Positions 36,009 through 48,250 of a stretch of 64,000 bases of DNA are shown piece by piece; positions within the stretch are counted from its first letter, which is position 1, and the number at the start of each line of letters is the position of its first letter. Source of the stretch: a bacterium (GTDB taxonomy: Bacteria > UBA8248); assembly GCA_965213685.1 (NCBI GenBank), contig CBDBZY010000064.1:1408001-1472000 (forward strand), written 5' to 3'. A program made the translations under genes and the position numbers. Under the pieces are notes generated by a model. The model ran no database searches. It saw only the letters and a program-made list of their open reading frames with translations, and was not told where the DNA came from.

Positions 36009-38784
36009 TTAACGAAGAAAATGCATATCCCTAATGTGTACTGCTATGATTTCTTTCTAGTTCATTGTTAATGGATTCAGTTGCAATACCTTTATTCTAA
36101 CATTATAATGTACAGGAAGAGAGAAATAATCATCAATATCTAGAGAAGCAAAGGGGTTAACGAAAAAATTATATATGCCTATGCACTACTGTCACGAAAA
36201 TGTACCAGCACGTGTAGTTTCATGATCATTGGCATTACGGTTATTGAGTTTCGTTTCTTCAACCTGAATAAGAAGAAGAAATAAGTGATTTGCAGGCTCG
36301 GTTGCCACGCGCAATTCAATTACGCGCTTTCACGCGCATGCACATTTGGTCAGAAAAATAACCACTTGTGAAATATGGGAAATTATTCCGCACCTTGCGT
36401 ATATGAAAATAATGCACGCGGAATATCTAGTGTGTAATAAATAATAGTATTATGAAGAATTACAATATTGTACCATACACAACATACCACCAATTTCTGA
36501 CTAGAGTTCCCTTTTCATCTATTCTTAACACTAAATTCTTCAAATGTGAAATGAAATGCATAGTTCAAGTGAAAACTCAAATTTTCATATGTACAGGGTT
36601 GATGCCGAGTGACCTGTGCAATCCCCATATACACAGTGCTACCGTACTGTGTGATAAATGCACCGAGACCACTCCTTTCCAGGATCGCTTCACGGATACA
36701 CTTTGACCCCACGTAAAACCTCCCCATATACAGTACAAGCAGGCTTTACTCCAGCCCTGCATTAAGTGTGTACTTTGACCTCTGGTTCTGCACACTTGGC
36801 TGCTGGGTGAGCCCCAACCAATAACGCTACGCATCGGTAGCACTAACCATAAACAGACATTGGGGGTGGGGCTGTTGTACTACTGGTTGGATCCTTTTAT
36901 CTTGGTTTTCTGGGTGCTTCATTTGTTGCTGAATGTCCTCATGGAACCACGGCTGTACGGAGAGTTTTCAACACACAGGAAAATGATAGATATATGATAC
37001 ATATGTATACTTGGCCGTAAGTATATAGCTTGATGGCTAGATTATGCATGGTTCACTTTGCATTGACCTGTTTACCACCAATAACAGAACATATTTTAGC
37101 AATTTCCTTAGCCAACTTTCATGCCAAGTAAACAATTTTCTCCAGGATTTTCATAGTACTTCCTAAAGAAATAGTTGTATGGCTTCAGTTTATTTTGGGC
37201 TTCTATCTATGTATAATATTATTGTTATACATCTGGCACTACAGCTATATGTGGAGCTGTATAAGTTCACTCATCTATTCAGATAATCTAAGGAGTATAC
37301 TTACTACATTCTCACATGAAATGAACCTAAAAGCAAGCAGTTCGTAGTGTTGTAAAGGGTTTCTCAACATTTCTGCGAAGTATTGAGAAAGGTAAAGGTG
37401 CTATCTATTCATAGTGTAGATAATTATCACTAAGTTTTGAAGTGCTAGCAAAAGGTATTGCCCTGCACTGATTTTACATAATTTAATCATTTGTGCCAAG
37501 TTTAATAGTTAATAAACAGCACAAAATGCACCTACATAAAAGCCAAATGAACGCTTGAAGCATTTGCTCTTTAACTCCAGGAGCAGAACCAAGAACAACC
37601 TTTTGCATCATTACTATTGAAGGATATCCCATATTTTGCACTGCTGACTGTGGTACCCCGAGTGCTTTGAACACTTTGAAGAAGAAGGTCTGTAGTAAAC
37701 AGGTATTCCTCCACATATGCAATGCCTACCTTACAAAAATAGGCTGGTTGAAGGCAATTCCACATTAAACAACATTCCTGACCACAGTAACCACTTCCTA
37801 ATAACTCAAGGTTATGGAGGATACCCAGAGTGTGAAATGTGTTTTGGAGAAAGCAATTTCTTTTGTGCTGATTGTGGTCAGTATCTTTGTAGGGAGTGTA
37901 ATGAATGACATATCACATGCAAATGCCTGGGTTTGGAGTAACTATCAGAATAAAGGGAGATGTAATGAAATTCTTAAGAAATTTTCCTCCTCTTGGCAGT
38001 ACACTGAAGCACATTTAGTTGGAGTATGCCGAAGACAGGATATGTTTGATAAAGCAGATACTGCTGCAACAACAACTTGGGCTTGTTGTGATGTCTGCAT
38101 ATCACAAGGTAATTCTGATGCAGTGTATGAAAATTTTTGAAAGTATTAATTGAAGTAGGATGCAAAGGGAAGTGAAAGTTGCTGAGTGGATACGAGGTTC
38201 CAAGCTGTCCTGGACACAATCATTTAGCAAAACTGTCATGTCATATGGAAATCATATGGGAAAGGATATACAGTTTTGGAGGACATTCATGCGGCAGTGT
38301 CATGTGAGTGGATTGATAAAGCTAGAGCTTCATTCCCTTATTAAAGCACCTTGTAATGGAGTAAAATGATGCAGTGTTTTGGGTTGTCCTTACATTGTTC
38401 CTGTGTGGGAAAAACGATTGTGCCCAACTCACAATTGTTCACTGGTTAAAAGTGATAAGTGTCCAGTTCAATTTGTGTATATTTATCCAGAGGACAGTAG
38501 GGATAAAAGGAGATAAATTGGTGGAATTGTTAGATGTGAAAAAGGACGCATCATCACAATCATCCTTTGCATGGAGCCGTGAAAATTGCCCAATGTGTTA
38601 AGCAGAGGATCCATGAAGCTGCATGGAACTATTTGTCTTTTCCAGATATTTTGAACTTCATTTCTACTAGTTTACCCACCACATCTGGTCAGCTGTTGGG
38701 TATATACTGCACCACACTCTTACCAATAGATACGGCCTTCTTCTTGTGAGGCTGATCATTATCTCTGCATGATGATTTTCGTTT

Positions 38785-40100
38785 TTATTGAGCACCGGAA
38801 CAAAAGTTGCTGCTTCGATCTGGGGGACCATACTGTGCTGACTTATCGGGATTTGCTGATGATTTCAGTTGCTGTTCTCTCCTTTTTTCTGTGCTGGACC
38901 TTCGTGCAGTTTCATCACTAGCCCTGTATGAAACGCTTGTCCCTTCTTCCACAGCAATGTGTTTGCAGCACATCATTTTATCCACTTTATACTCTGCCAG
39001 TTTAAGAGGCTGTGGAATGTTGTGTGTGCTATTGGAATTTTGTTGTTTTACAGCATTAGTTGTTGTTGGGGCTTTACTTCAATCTCCTGGTTGCATAGGA
39101 GTGAATGCTTGTGAAAGCATCTTTAGGTGGGGAGCCCTTGTCCACCATTGGGCCCAGTATTTTGCTACTGACCATACACACTCTTCATCTATGAAAGTAG
39201 CATCTTTGCTGAAAAGTGACGGGAATATGTTCGGAACTTGTCTAGCAGTATGCACACCACACAGAGTTTCAAAACATACAACAACCTTAATTGAGCTCCT
39301 CAAGTTGGGAATTGTGGATGCTATGTGCAAAAACAATGTTTTTTTCACATTGCTTGTTGCTTGATGACACTATTTTATTGACTACCTGTTGACATGATCC
39401 TACCCAATGCACTTTACATCCTTTCAGTAGTTTCTCTGCCTTCTCTTTACCAATTACAAGATGGAGTCCACTTATCTGTGCATCACTCCAATCCACCACT
39501 ACTCCTATTAGGCTTTCTCATTCCAAAAACTGGGAATTGCAAGCTCTACACTTTTCAAAGATTTTTTGAATGCTATAAGCAGTATGCGGCCAAGTTCAAT
39601 TTATCCATTTGTACTCTCGCTATCACCATCCACTGCATAATAGTATGATTGAAGGCAACAGTATTAAGATATTCTCTTGATTCATCGTATGTAACAATTC
39701 TGGTCATAATTGGAGACATTGTAAAGATATAGTTAATGCTGCTTTCAATCCCTGCAGACACAAGGTATGGGCGGCCACACTGAGTATTCTTATTTTCACC
39801 AGATAGAAGACTATCTTCACCATCAATGCTATCAGCAACAGGTTCAAAATCACAAGGAGACCGTCCCTTGTCATTTATTCCCAGAACACTCTTCCCCTTT
39901 TTCAATTTCCTGGCTATTCTCCCAAGGTGGGAACTGGCACAATCAAACCGCGCATGCGCCGCTATATAGGGGTCCTTCTTCAAACTACCATTCTTGACCA
40001 GTCTATTCAAACTATTGCCTGTGCAGATGAAAGCATTAGAGTTCATCTCCACCTCCTGTTGCATCACCCTCTCTGAAGGTTGCAGCTTGGAATTGCAGAG
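38785..40100 (-). pseudogene. Degraded Mutator(MULE)-like DDE transposase
   Basis: Frameshifted pieces with VDWSDAQISGL..LKGCKVHW (D + CxxH), WAQWW..HLKML and PTTTNAV, where the third catalytic residue is expected. Confidence 0.55.
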
Positions 40101-42395
40101 GCCTAAACAATGCCCTAGCTGCCTTACATTAGCTGACTCTCATGCACTGGCTATGGCCATTTGAGACTCACAGGTTCCTCAACGTAATTCCCAACATATC
40201 TGGCCTTGCTATTGCTGACAGACAACTAACTTCTGAGTGTAACCTAACCAAGAGGTGTGGTGGAATTGAAATTTTGTGGAACCATCCAGTGAGGAGGCCC
40301 TAGAGGCTTGGGAGATACAAATATGCTCTTATTGGAAATGATATATCTTGCTAGCCTCGTTCCCATGCCTTTCCCGTTTTTACGTGCGCTTGGTACACGC
40401 GAAACACAGGAAAAATTCGAAAAACGGGAAAGGCCTGGGACAATCAGTCACGTGAGGTAGACGCGTAGGGCGAGGGCCCCCTACCGTGTCTGTGACAAGC
40501 GCTCTTGCAAACGTGTTGGTTGGCACTCTTGCACTGCCGTGTACTGCATTTGCGACGAGGTTTAATCTACAGGTCCCGGTAAAGCCCCGGACACAGTAGG
40601 GGCCCCTCCCCCTAGGCGTCTACCTCACGTCTACCTCACGAGTTGAAGGAACTTAGCAAAATAAGCCTGGAGGTGATGCTTGACCAAGGGCAGGCCCCGA
40701 GTATGAAGAAAAGATGAAAGGGAAGAAATTGACCCAACAATTTGCAGATGTAGGACTACCCTCGAGTGTCAGTCCTGGGAAAGATGTGAGAAGATGTTTA
40801 AAACAAAGATCCCAAGCGATTCAAGACACTTTTACAATCAACCATCCCTGGTGACCAGCTTCTACACAATGGCAAGGTTATTTCTGACCCTCCATCTATT
40901 ATTGACTGCAGCTGCTCTACAAGATTTAGACCACCTACACTGCTTGTCAAATATGAACTGTGATGGCATGAATTCACCACTGAGGAGATATCGAGGCAGC
41001 ACTGAGGAAGTTGAAACCGATAAAAGCCAGTGGAATCGATGGCCTTCAGTTCAAGCACTTTCAATATGGTGTGCCCCTCCTTATTCTATGGTTAAGGCAG
41101 ATGTTTAGTGCTTTTGTGCACTTGGAATATATTCCACCATGCATTCTCACTGGAGTCATTCAACCCATCTACAAGGGCAAGGAGGGCAAAGACCCCTTAT
41201 GCTGTGATAGCTACAGGGGTATTTCCATAACCTCAGTCTTCATGAAGCTATTTGAGTATGCTTGAGAAAATTATGCCTGTGCTGCAGGAGAACGCTGATC
41301 CTGTCCTAACTTTGACAGCATACAGAGAGAAAATTTCATGTCAAGATGCCATCTTTACCTCAAGACGCCATTCAAAACATTCTGCATAATGGGAACACCA
41401 CCTTTCTGTCTCTCAATGACCTAGAGAAGGCTTTGGACTCAATTGAACACCCTATTCTCCTGCAATCACTCTTCCATGCTAGAGTGAATGTGAAATCGTG
41501 GAGGCTCATCAGGGCTTGGTACAGCAATATCTCAGCTGCAGTCAGATCTGCGTCTTCCATATCCTCCCCCTTCCCTAGCGGGGCGTGCAGCAAGGCTCTG
41601 TTTTGTCACCAAACTTCTTTCTGGTTTTGATGGATGAACTCCTCCAAAAGCTTTGTGAAGAAAACTGTGGTACATCTACCTGTGGACTGTACCTTGGTGG
41701 TGCTGCTCATACCAATGATGTGAGGGCCATTGCATCATCTGTGACTACTGCTGAGACACAGGGAGCACTCATCTCAGAGTTTTCTTTTGAAAATGGTCTC
41801 CAGCTTAACAAGGGCAAGATGAAAATTGTCAAAAAATTGCCCATACAAACCACTCTGACCATGAACAACTTAGAATCAACCATCTCCACCCTACACCAGG
41901 CCAAGTGCTTGGGTTTTCTCTGGTCAAGTACTATGTCAGCTAGACCTAGTATTGAGCACAATATCAACAAAACAAGAAAGCAGTTCTTTGCACTGGGCTC
42001 AACTGGTTGTTCCTGGGATACTCCAACTCTCTCTCAGCAAAGGAGATAGTGAAGACATGTGTCATTCCTACCCTGTTATATGGAGCTGAAAATTGGACCT
42101 TGGATAAAGCCTCCTCTCAATCTTCAAGAAGGGTTTCAAGCTGAGCTAGGGAGAAGAATTCTCAAGCTTTCAAAGTATCATTCTTGATTGTCAATCTTAA
42201 TCGGTCTCTCCTGGCCAACAATGAAAGCAAGACTTCTAAAACAAAAGCTCTGTTTCCTGGGGAAGCTACTCTCAGACGACAGAGACAATATTGCCACCCT
42301 GAGTGACTATTGCATTGCAAAATGTGTATAACACCTCTGTTGTTCAGCAGTGTATTTTCCTAAACTCTGTTCTAGGTACCAATGCCACTGCACAT

Positions 42396-42452
42396 TAGTC
42401 TCGTGTAGCCAGACTCTCCTGCTTGCCAAGAGAGTCTGGCTATGCGAGACTA
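42396..42452. mobile_element. 57-bp palindromic TAG..CTA mini-element
   Basis: TAGTCTCGTGTAGCCAGACTCTC..GAGAGTCTGGCTATGCGAGACTA flanked by exact 9-bp ACTGCACAT. Confidence 0.88.
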
Positions 42453-43784
42453 ACTGCACATATCCTTAGCAACCTTGAAAATGTGGAAGCCTCTGTGAAA
42501 TCTCAAGTGAAGTCTATTACATCTGCTGACAGACAGTCTATTCTTCAGGAAGCAGCAAATTATCAGTTGGTTGTGTTAGCATAGGATGTCAATTAATTAA
42601 CTAGCTTCGAGTGTGGGATGCTGCAAGAGACAAGGGCCAATTTTGGACTGGGATTGCACAAGGTGTTTATTAGTCTTGTTCTCAGACCCTCCACTCTCCC
42701 GTTACTAGCTCTACATAATAGTTAGACGCCGAGTCCAGGGAACTATGGTATATAGAAACCCGAAGGCCCTGGGCTGTAGCGTCCCGAGCGCAGCGAGGGC
42801 GCTACTAAGGGCGCGAGGGTTTCTAAGTACACAGCCAAACATAATTGGGCTCGATTCGATGCTGACTGCCGTAAGGCATCGAATAGAGAACGGGATGGAG
42901 CTCGAATCGAGCACTTACGGCCTCGTACCGACACTGGGGTTACATATCGATTCGAGCTGTAAGGCAGACACCGTACATCTGGGACTGCCCCAACTGAACG
43001 TTCCGATACTGTAATTCTGTACCGTATCGCGCACGTTTACGTCCTCCAAATCGGGATTGGCCGTGTACCGTAGATCTATAGTCTCGTGAACCAGACGTAA
43101 TCCCACGGGGAATTACGTCTGGGCACACCTGCCAGGGTTTTGGGCCCTCTGACGGAATGTTATCAGGGCCAATCAGATTGCAGGAAGCGCTTTATTACAT
43201 TCCGCGAAACATTCCTGCCACCGTGCAAGCGTCCCCGTACGCGCATTTTTTATCTGACGCACCCTTTTCGAACTTAGCGTGAGTTCAAGGTTCACAATAA
43301 AGTGTGGGGCGCGCGCGGCCGGCAATGTGTCCCGCAGAAAACGTGATGTGACAGGTGAGCTTTCTGTTTTTTTTTTTTTTTTTACATGGGGGGCAGGAAT
43401 AGGTGGGAGCAGGGGTCCCCCCCCAAATACACACTTGCCAGCTATCGTCACAGTAGTGTATCAAAGCTTTTTGTAGGCTGACGTTTGTTGCTAAATGCCT
43501 CCACTGTTCTTCCTACTCACATGTATAAACGCAAAACTTACACTAAGCACTATTTTTGTTTTGTTATGGTGACTGTGACAAAGTTTTGTGTTTATACGAA
43601 GTAAATGTTAACTAAGTGGACGGGGCATCTAGCCACACCCATATCCGCCTACAAAAAATGTATAAGCACTACAATAGCTGGAAAGTGGGGGGAATGGCCA
43701 CCCCTGCTCCCATCTATTCCTATCCCCATGTAAGAAACAAAACGCACATCACGTTGTCTGCGTTAGGAACGCACTGCCGTGTAC

Positions 43785-44593
43785 TGGGATGGACTACGAG
43801 TTGATGAGGGTCACGTGATATCGCGCAATGCACAGTATACAGTAACAGACGCTGTACATGTACATGTACTAAACGAGGATGGCTAAGTTCGAAAGAGACG
43901 GTAAAAATGGCAGGGTCCAGCCTACTCTCAAGGGCTGCTAGCATGCTAAGAGTGTAGCATCGAGTTCTTGCTTACTGTCACCACATTTTGGTTCTCCTCT
44001 CACGTAGCCTCGCTTGCGAGGCTACCTCTCACGTTGGACGCCTTTTTCACCTGGTCAGTGATTATTCAACTGTCACTGTAACTTGATTTCTATTCAAGAG
44101 ACTTAGTGCTTATTCATTTCACTGCATAAGGTCAATTGTATTCCTCTTCGTCTTCACAACATTCCTTCCCTTGAATTTGTTCCGTCACATATTCACTGAA
44201 TCCCTTCATTTACACAAATCAATCTTACATACCCTGAATGTTGAACTTAGACCTTATGTGATCCGTAAAGAGCGCGAAAGTCAATTGTCAGTCACACAAC
44301 AGAGATAAGAGCTCTACACGGTGTGGAGCTCTTTAATATATCTATGAATCCGTGCGGAGTCGAGCCATGGCAACGAATACAGCACCACAGTGGTTGAAGA
44401 ACACGGGCGTCCTTGATCATTCTAACTATGTGTTATTTCTTCGTGTATACTATACACAATAAATCTGTCTGTAGCACGATGCAGGTATATAAACACGTTT
44501 CACTGAACTTAGCCCCATCTGTACAGCTTGCGCAGTGCGCATTGCGCTATATCACGTGACCCTCATCCACTCGGGTGAACTTAGTCCATCCCC
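43785..44593. mobile_element. MULE-like MITE with 9-bp TSD
   Basis: TIRs (T)GGGATGGACT..GATGAGGGTCACGTGATAT / ATATCACGTGACCCTCATC..AGTCCATCCCC; TSD GCCGTGTAC (43776-84, 44594-602). Confidence 0.78.
44005..44024. mobile_element. 20-bp TAG..CTA micro-element
   Basis: TAGCCTCGCTTGCGAGGCTA flanked by exact 9-bp CCTCTCACG. Confidence 0.75.
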
Positions 44594-44694
44594 GCCGTGT
44601 ACGGGTGCGCCTACACACTTTATTGTGAACCTTGACCTCACGCTAATTTCTAAGTTCGAAAAGGGTGCGTCAGATAAAAATTCGCTCCCGTACT

Positions 44695-44900
44695 ATGGCT
44701 ACAGCTGCCTTCTCCGAGAGGGCGATTGACTTGGCTATACGCAGAGCAGCGGAGAAGCTCGGATACTCCAAGCTACGTCACCAGCAAGTGAGAGCCGTCA
44801 AAAACTTCGTACAAGGCAACGACGTATTTGTGAGTCTCCCAACCGGGGGCGGGAAGTCTCTATGTTACTGCATCCTTCCTGCTACCTTCGACTCGTTGTT
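44695..44900 (+). pseudogene. RecQ-family helicase N-terminal fragment (motifs 0 and I)
   Basis: LGYSKLRHQQVRAVKNFVQGNDVFVSLPTGGGKSLCYCILP. Confidence 0.85.
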
Positions 44901-45021
44901 TGGAGCTGATGGTCGACACCTTGCACGCTGCATCTTCCTCTCAGACTGCGACAATCAAATTCTTTTTGCGTTTAGGGTTAATTATCATTACGTCACCGCA
45001 TACCGCGCAGATCCCAAAACC

Positions 45022-45583
45022 TAGTCTCGCGAGCCTAGTCCACACCCGCAAAAACGGGAAGTGGTCTGGAGACTTCACGTAAATCTCTGGAACGCAATTA
45101 TTGAATAAAGTCACGTGTCAAACGCGTACTTATTGGCGAAGTGACGCGCACAAAACGAGCATGCTGTCGATGTCACAGGTGTGATGGCTGCGTGCGTTCT
45201 CTGTCTGAGCGCTGTGCTGTTGAGTATTTTGCTAACAGTCGTCAGGTTTGCTGGACTAGCAAGTCGGAGTTTACTAGAACACAGGCTGCAGTTACCGCTA
45301 AGTTTTCTAGCTGGCCCGCGAGTGCGGCACTTTCGAGGCAGCGTAGTCTGTCCACAGTTCGAGTACAGACGAGCGTAGCGACTGTTTTGGGTAAGTGCTA
45401 GTCCGAACCACACCCGCGTTTACTCAGTCACCTTGGAATGCATGCCTTAATTATGCGTCATGTGACCATATTACCCTAATTACCCGCTCTGCAGTTTTAT
45501 TGGCTCTATTGAAATTCCGGAAGAGGTTTACGTGAAGTGGTCCCAAATCTCCAGACCACTTGTGGTCTGGTCTCGCGAGACTA
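45022..45583. mobile_element. TAG..CTA element (AcademH-like) nested in the TIR of 43079-45649
   Basis: TAGTCTCGCGAG.. / ..TCTCGCGAGACTA; TSD CCCAAAACC (45013-21, 45584-92). Confidence 0.85.
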
Positions 45584-46229
45584 CCCAAAACCCTGGCAGG
45601 TGCGCCCAGACGTAATTCCCCGCGGGATTACGTCTTGTTCACGAGACTACCGTAGATCCTGTTGGACGAGGCGTCTAACTCTTTTAGAGCACGGCACATC
45701 GTCTGCGCGTTACTGCTGGGCACGGGTCTAGCGGGCCCACGAACGTGCGTAGAGTGCAGACGTTCTTATGTAACATTGCATCACGGTACATGTTTTACGC
45801 ATGCAAGGGGTGGAGTTAATAAACAGGTTCGCAGGCCCGCGGTACCGCGCGCATCACGTGATTTGCTCGAGGCACGAAAAATAGATACCTCGACTTAGCC
45901 TCGCTCTCCCCCGCGCGAGATGTTGATGCGTGATTTTTGAACTGGTAAGCCACGGGGGTCAAAGGTTGCGCGTAACAATCGCTCGAGCAGAGGGCCTGGA
46001 ACGAGGCCAGGTATCTACGAAAAATAGATACCGCTCACAGACCAATCAGATCACCAAATTCGGAGTAGCCGTGCTCTAAGTTCGGAAAACGGAAGAGGAG
46101 GGTCTGGTACAGTTGACACAGTACTCCGCGGAATTTTAGAGGGCCAAATCTGATTGGTTGATTGGCTAATTATTACGTTCCGAATATTCACGCCTGTTCA
46201 CACGCGAGTGAAGAAGCGGACATTGAGGC

Positions 46230-46365
46230 AGCAAATGCAGCAGCGTTTAGCCAACGGCCATCCAGTGGTAAGGCAGAACAGCTGGAGGCCGCGAGAGAGT
46301 TCGTGAAGGGCCAAGACGTCTTCGTATCGATTCCGACTGGCAGTGGGTCGCTATGCTACGCATGA
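46230..46365 (+). pseudogene. RecQ-family helicase N-terminal fragment
   Basis: KAEQLEAAREFVKGQDVFVSIPTGSGSLCYA. Confidence 0.75.
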
Positions 46366-47026
46366 TGGGCTATAGACTTTCGTGGTAGCACTGTAGCCAT
46401 ATTGAACGCTTGGGCCAAGAGGGTTTCGAGCTAGCGCTCTAGCGGTAATAACCATTTCTAACTACACTGCGCTGTTTTTCACACATATTTTGCGGCACCT
46501 TTAATTACCACTCCACAGCATCCCATCAGTGGAGTCCTTCTGTACCAACCGATTTTTTAACGGGAGTCTGGGAACGAGACCCGTCTTTGGACACATGAAC
46601 TGCCATATGTGTGGTTCCTTCATTCCACCTCACGTCAGCATTTCTCCAACTGTCATATTACTAGCTCTGTTAGTCTCAATTCTCTCATGTGTGATCTCAC
46701 CTCTGAGTATCAACTTTCAACTGACTCTTTTGTGTGAAGTCTTTTGTTTGTACTTATAATATTCTTGTATTGTATATCACCATCTACGTCAGTAACACAG
46801 AGTACCAAAATTAATATTGAACAAGAAGCATGACATTGTGCTTTCCATAATTATGCTTTTCATATTGACAAGGAGTACAAGTGAAGAATGCTCTGGATAT
46901 AAAACAAAAGGATGTACAATAGGTTTACTTCCAACTACATGCATACACATGTACATCAATAGCCAAATTGTTCTAAGCACAGTACATACACACATCAGTA
47001 AAGTTGCCTCTATGTGAAATAGTTGA

Positions 47027-47099
47027 CTACATAAAGTAGTCAGGAATACGTCGTGTCACCAGTGGCTCCCCACGACGCGGGGCTGGATCAAACTGCAGG
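47027..47099 (-). CDS. PPP2CA: PP2A catalytic subunit, exon 7
   Basis: (F)[23 protein letters not shown]; AG acceptor at 47100-01; 73 nt. Confidence 0.95.
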
Positions 47100-47197
47100 C
47101 TATAAGGAAGGAAAGGGCCAACAATTGTGAAGAACTTAATTTTCACACCACAACACAGCACATGCAATATAAGTACAGAACCTGCCAAGTCACTCAC

Positions 47198-47356
<159 letters not shown>

Positions 47357-47483
47357 AAGATGAAGTACATGTAGGTGGCAAGGACTGTTGTGTTGCTGCT
47401 CCCCCACACATGTACATGTTGACTGAGGTTTGAACTCTAGCCTTAGGATAGTACCATCAATCCTGCACTCCTCTGCCACCAGA

Positions 47484-47556
47484 GACCCAGTGGCTCAGTG
47501 GTAAGAGTGTCTGACTAGTAATCAGAAGGTACTGGGTTCAAATCCCAGCTGGGTCC
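47484..47556 (+). tRNA. tRNA-Thr(AGT)-like cloverleaf, probably SINE head or pseudo-tRNA
   Basis: Acceptor GACCCAG/CTGGGTC, D arm GCTC/GAGT, anticodon TCTGA-CTAGTAA-TCAGA, T arm CTGGG-TTCAAAT-CCCAG; A and B boxes present. Confidence 0.5.
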
Positions 47557-47649
47557 TGATTTTCTTCAGGACTTCTTCAGCAGCTCAGTGTGTGACGTAG
47601 ATGATTACTCTAATTACATCATGCACATGAATGATTGTGTATTGTGTTA

Positions 47650-47904
<255 letters not shown>

Positions 47905-48069
47905 CTACAAGAAAATATGATGTGATGATGTACAAACTGCTGCATTATGACTAAGGTACACATCATTTACTTCAGGTCTTCATTGTGGATCATGACAGTA
48001 CATGTATGTTCAGTTATTGAGACAAGGCAAAGCAAGGCAACTACGTTCAAGGACAACTCCTCTGTTTTT

Positions 48070-48250
48070 CCGAAGAGAAAACGAACAGCTGCCTCAGGCA
48101 GGATTCGAACCCGTGACGTTCTGTGTGCTAGGCAGATGCTCTACCAACTGAGCCACAGAGGCAGCTCAGCTGGGTAGGCCGAATCTTTAAATGTTATTCA
48201 AGGGCAAAGGTGTCTCTTCCCTGATAAGCAGGGTAACTCAATTCAGTACT
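48070..48250 (-). mobile_element. tRNA-derived SINE
   Basis: Reverse strand GGCTCAGTTGGTAGAGCATCTGCC..GGTTCGAATCC; related copies at ~53220-53340 (-), 53395-53600 (+), 54150-54320 (-), 55945-56045 (-). Confidence 0.75.

Larger units (their letters stand above)
43079..45649 (+). mobile_element. AcademH-like element with RecQ fragment and nested insertions
   Basis: TIRs TAGTCTCGTGAACCAGACG.. / ..CGTCTTGTTCACGAGACTA; TSD CCGTAGATC (43068-76, followed by an extra TA; 45650-58). Confidence 0.82.
40640..46830 (+). mobile_element. Degraded LINE (RT) interrupted by a nested DNA-transposon cluster at 42671-46580
   Basis: KASGIDGL, PIYKGK..YRGISI, DLEKALDSI, QQGSVLSP, AHTND (degenerate YADD), KCLG in broken frames 41000-42670; C-terminal RPVFGHMNCHMCG resumes at ~46580. 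Confidence 0.75.

Noticed and set aside
44665-45024. Host RecQ helicase gene
   Set aside because: Only motifs 0 and I, inside TIRs with TSD; transposon fragment.
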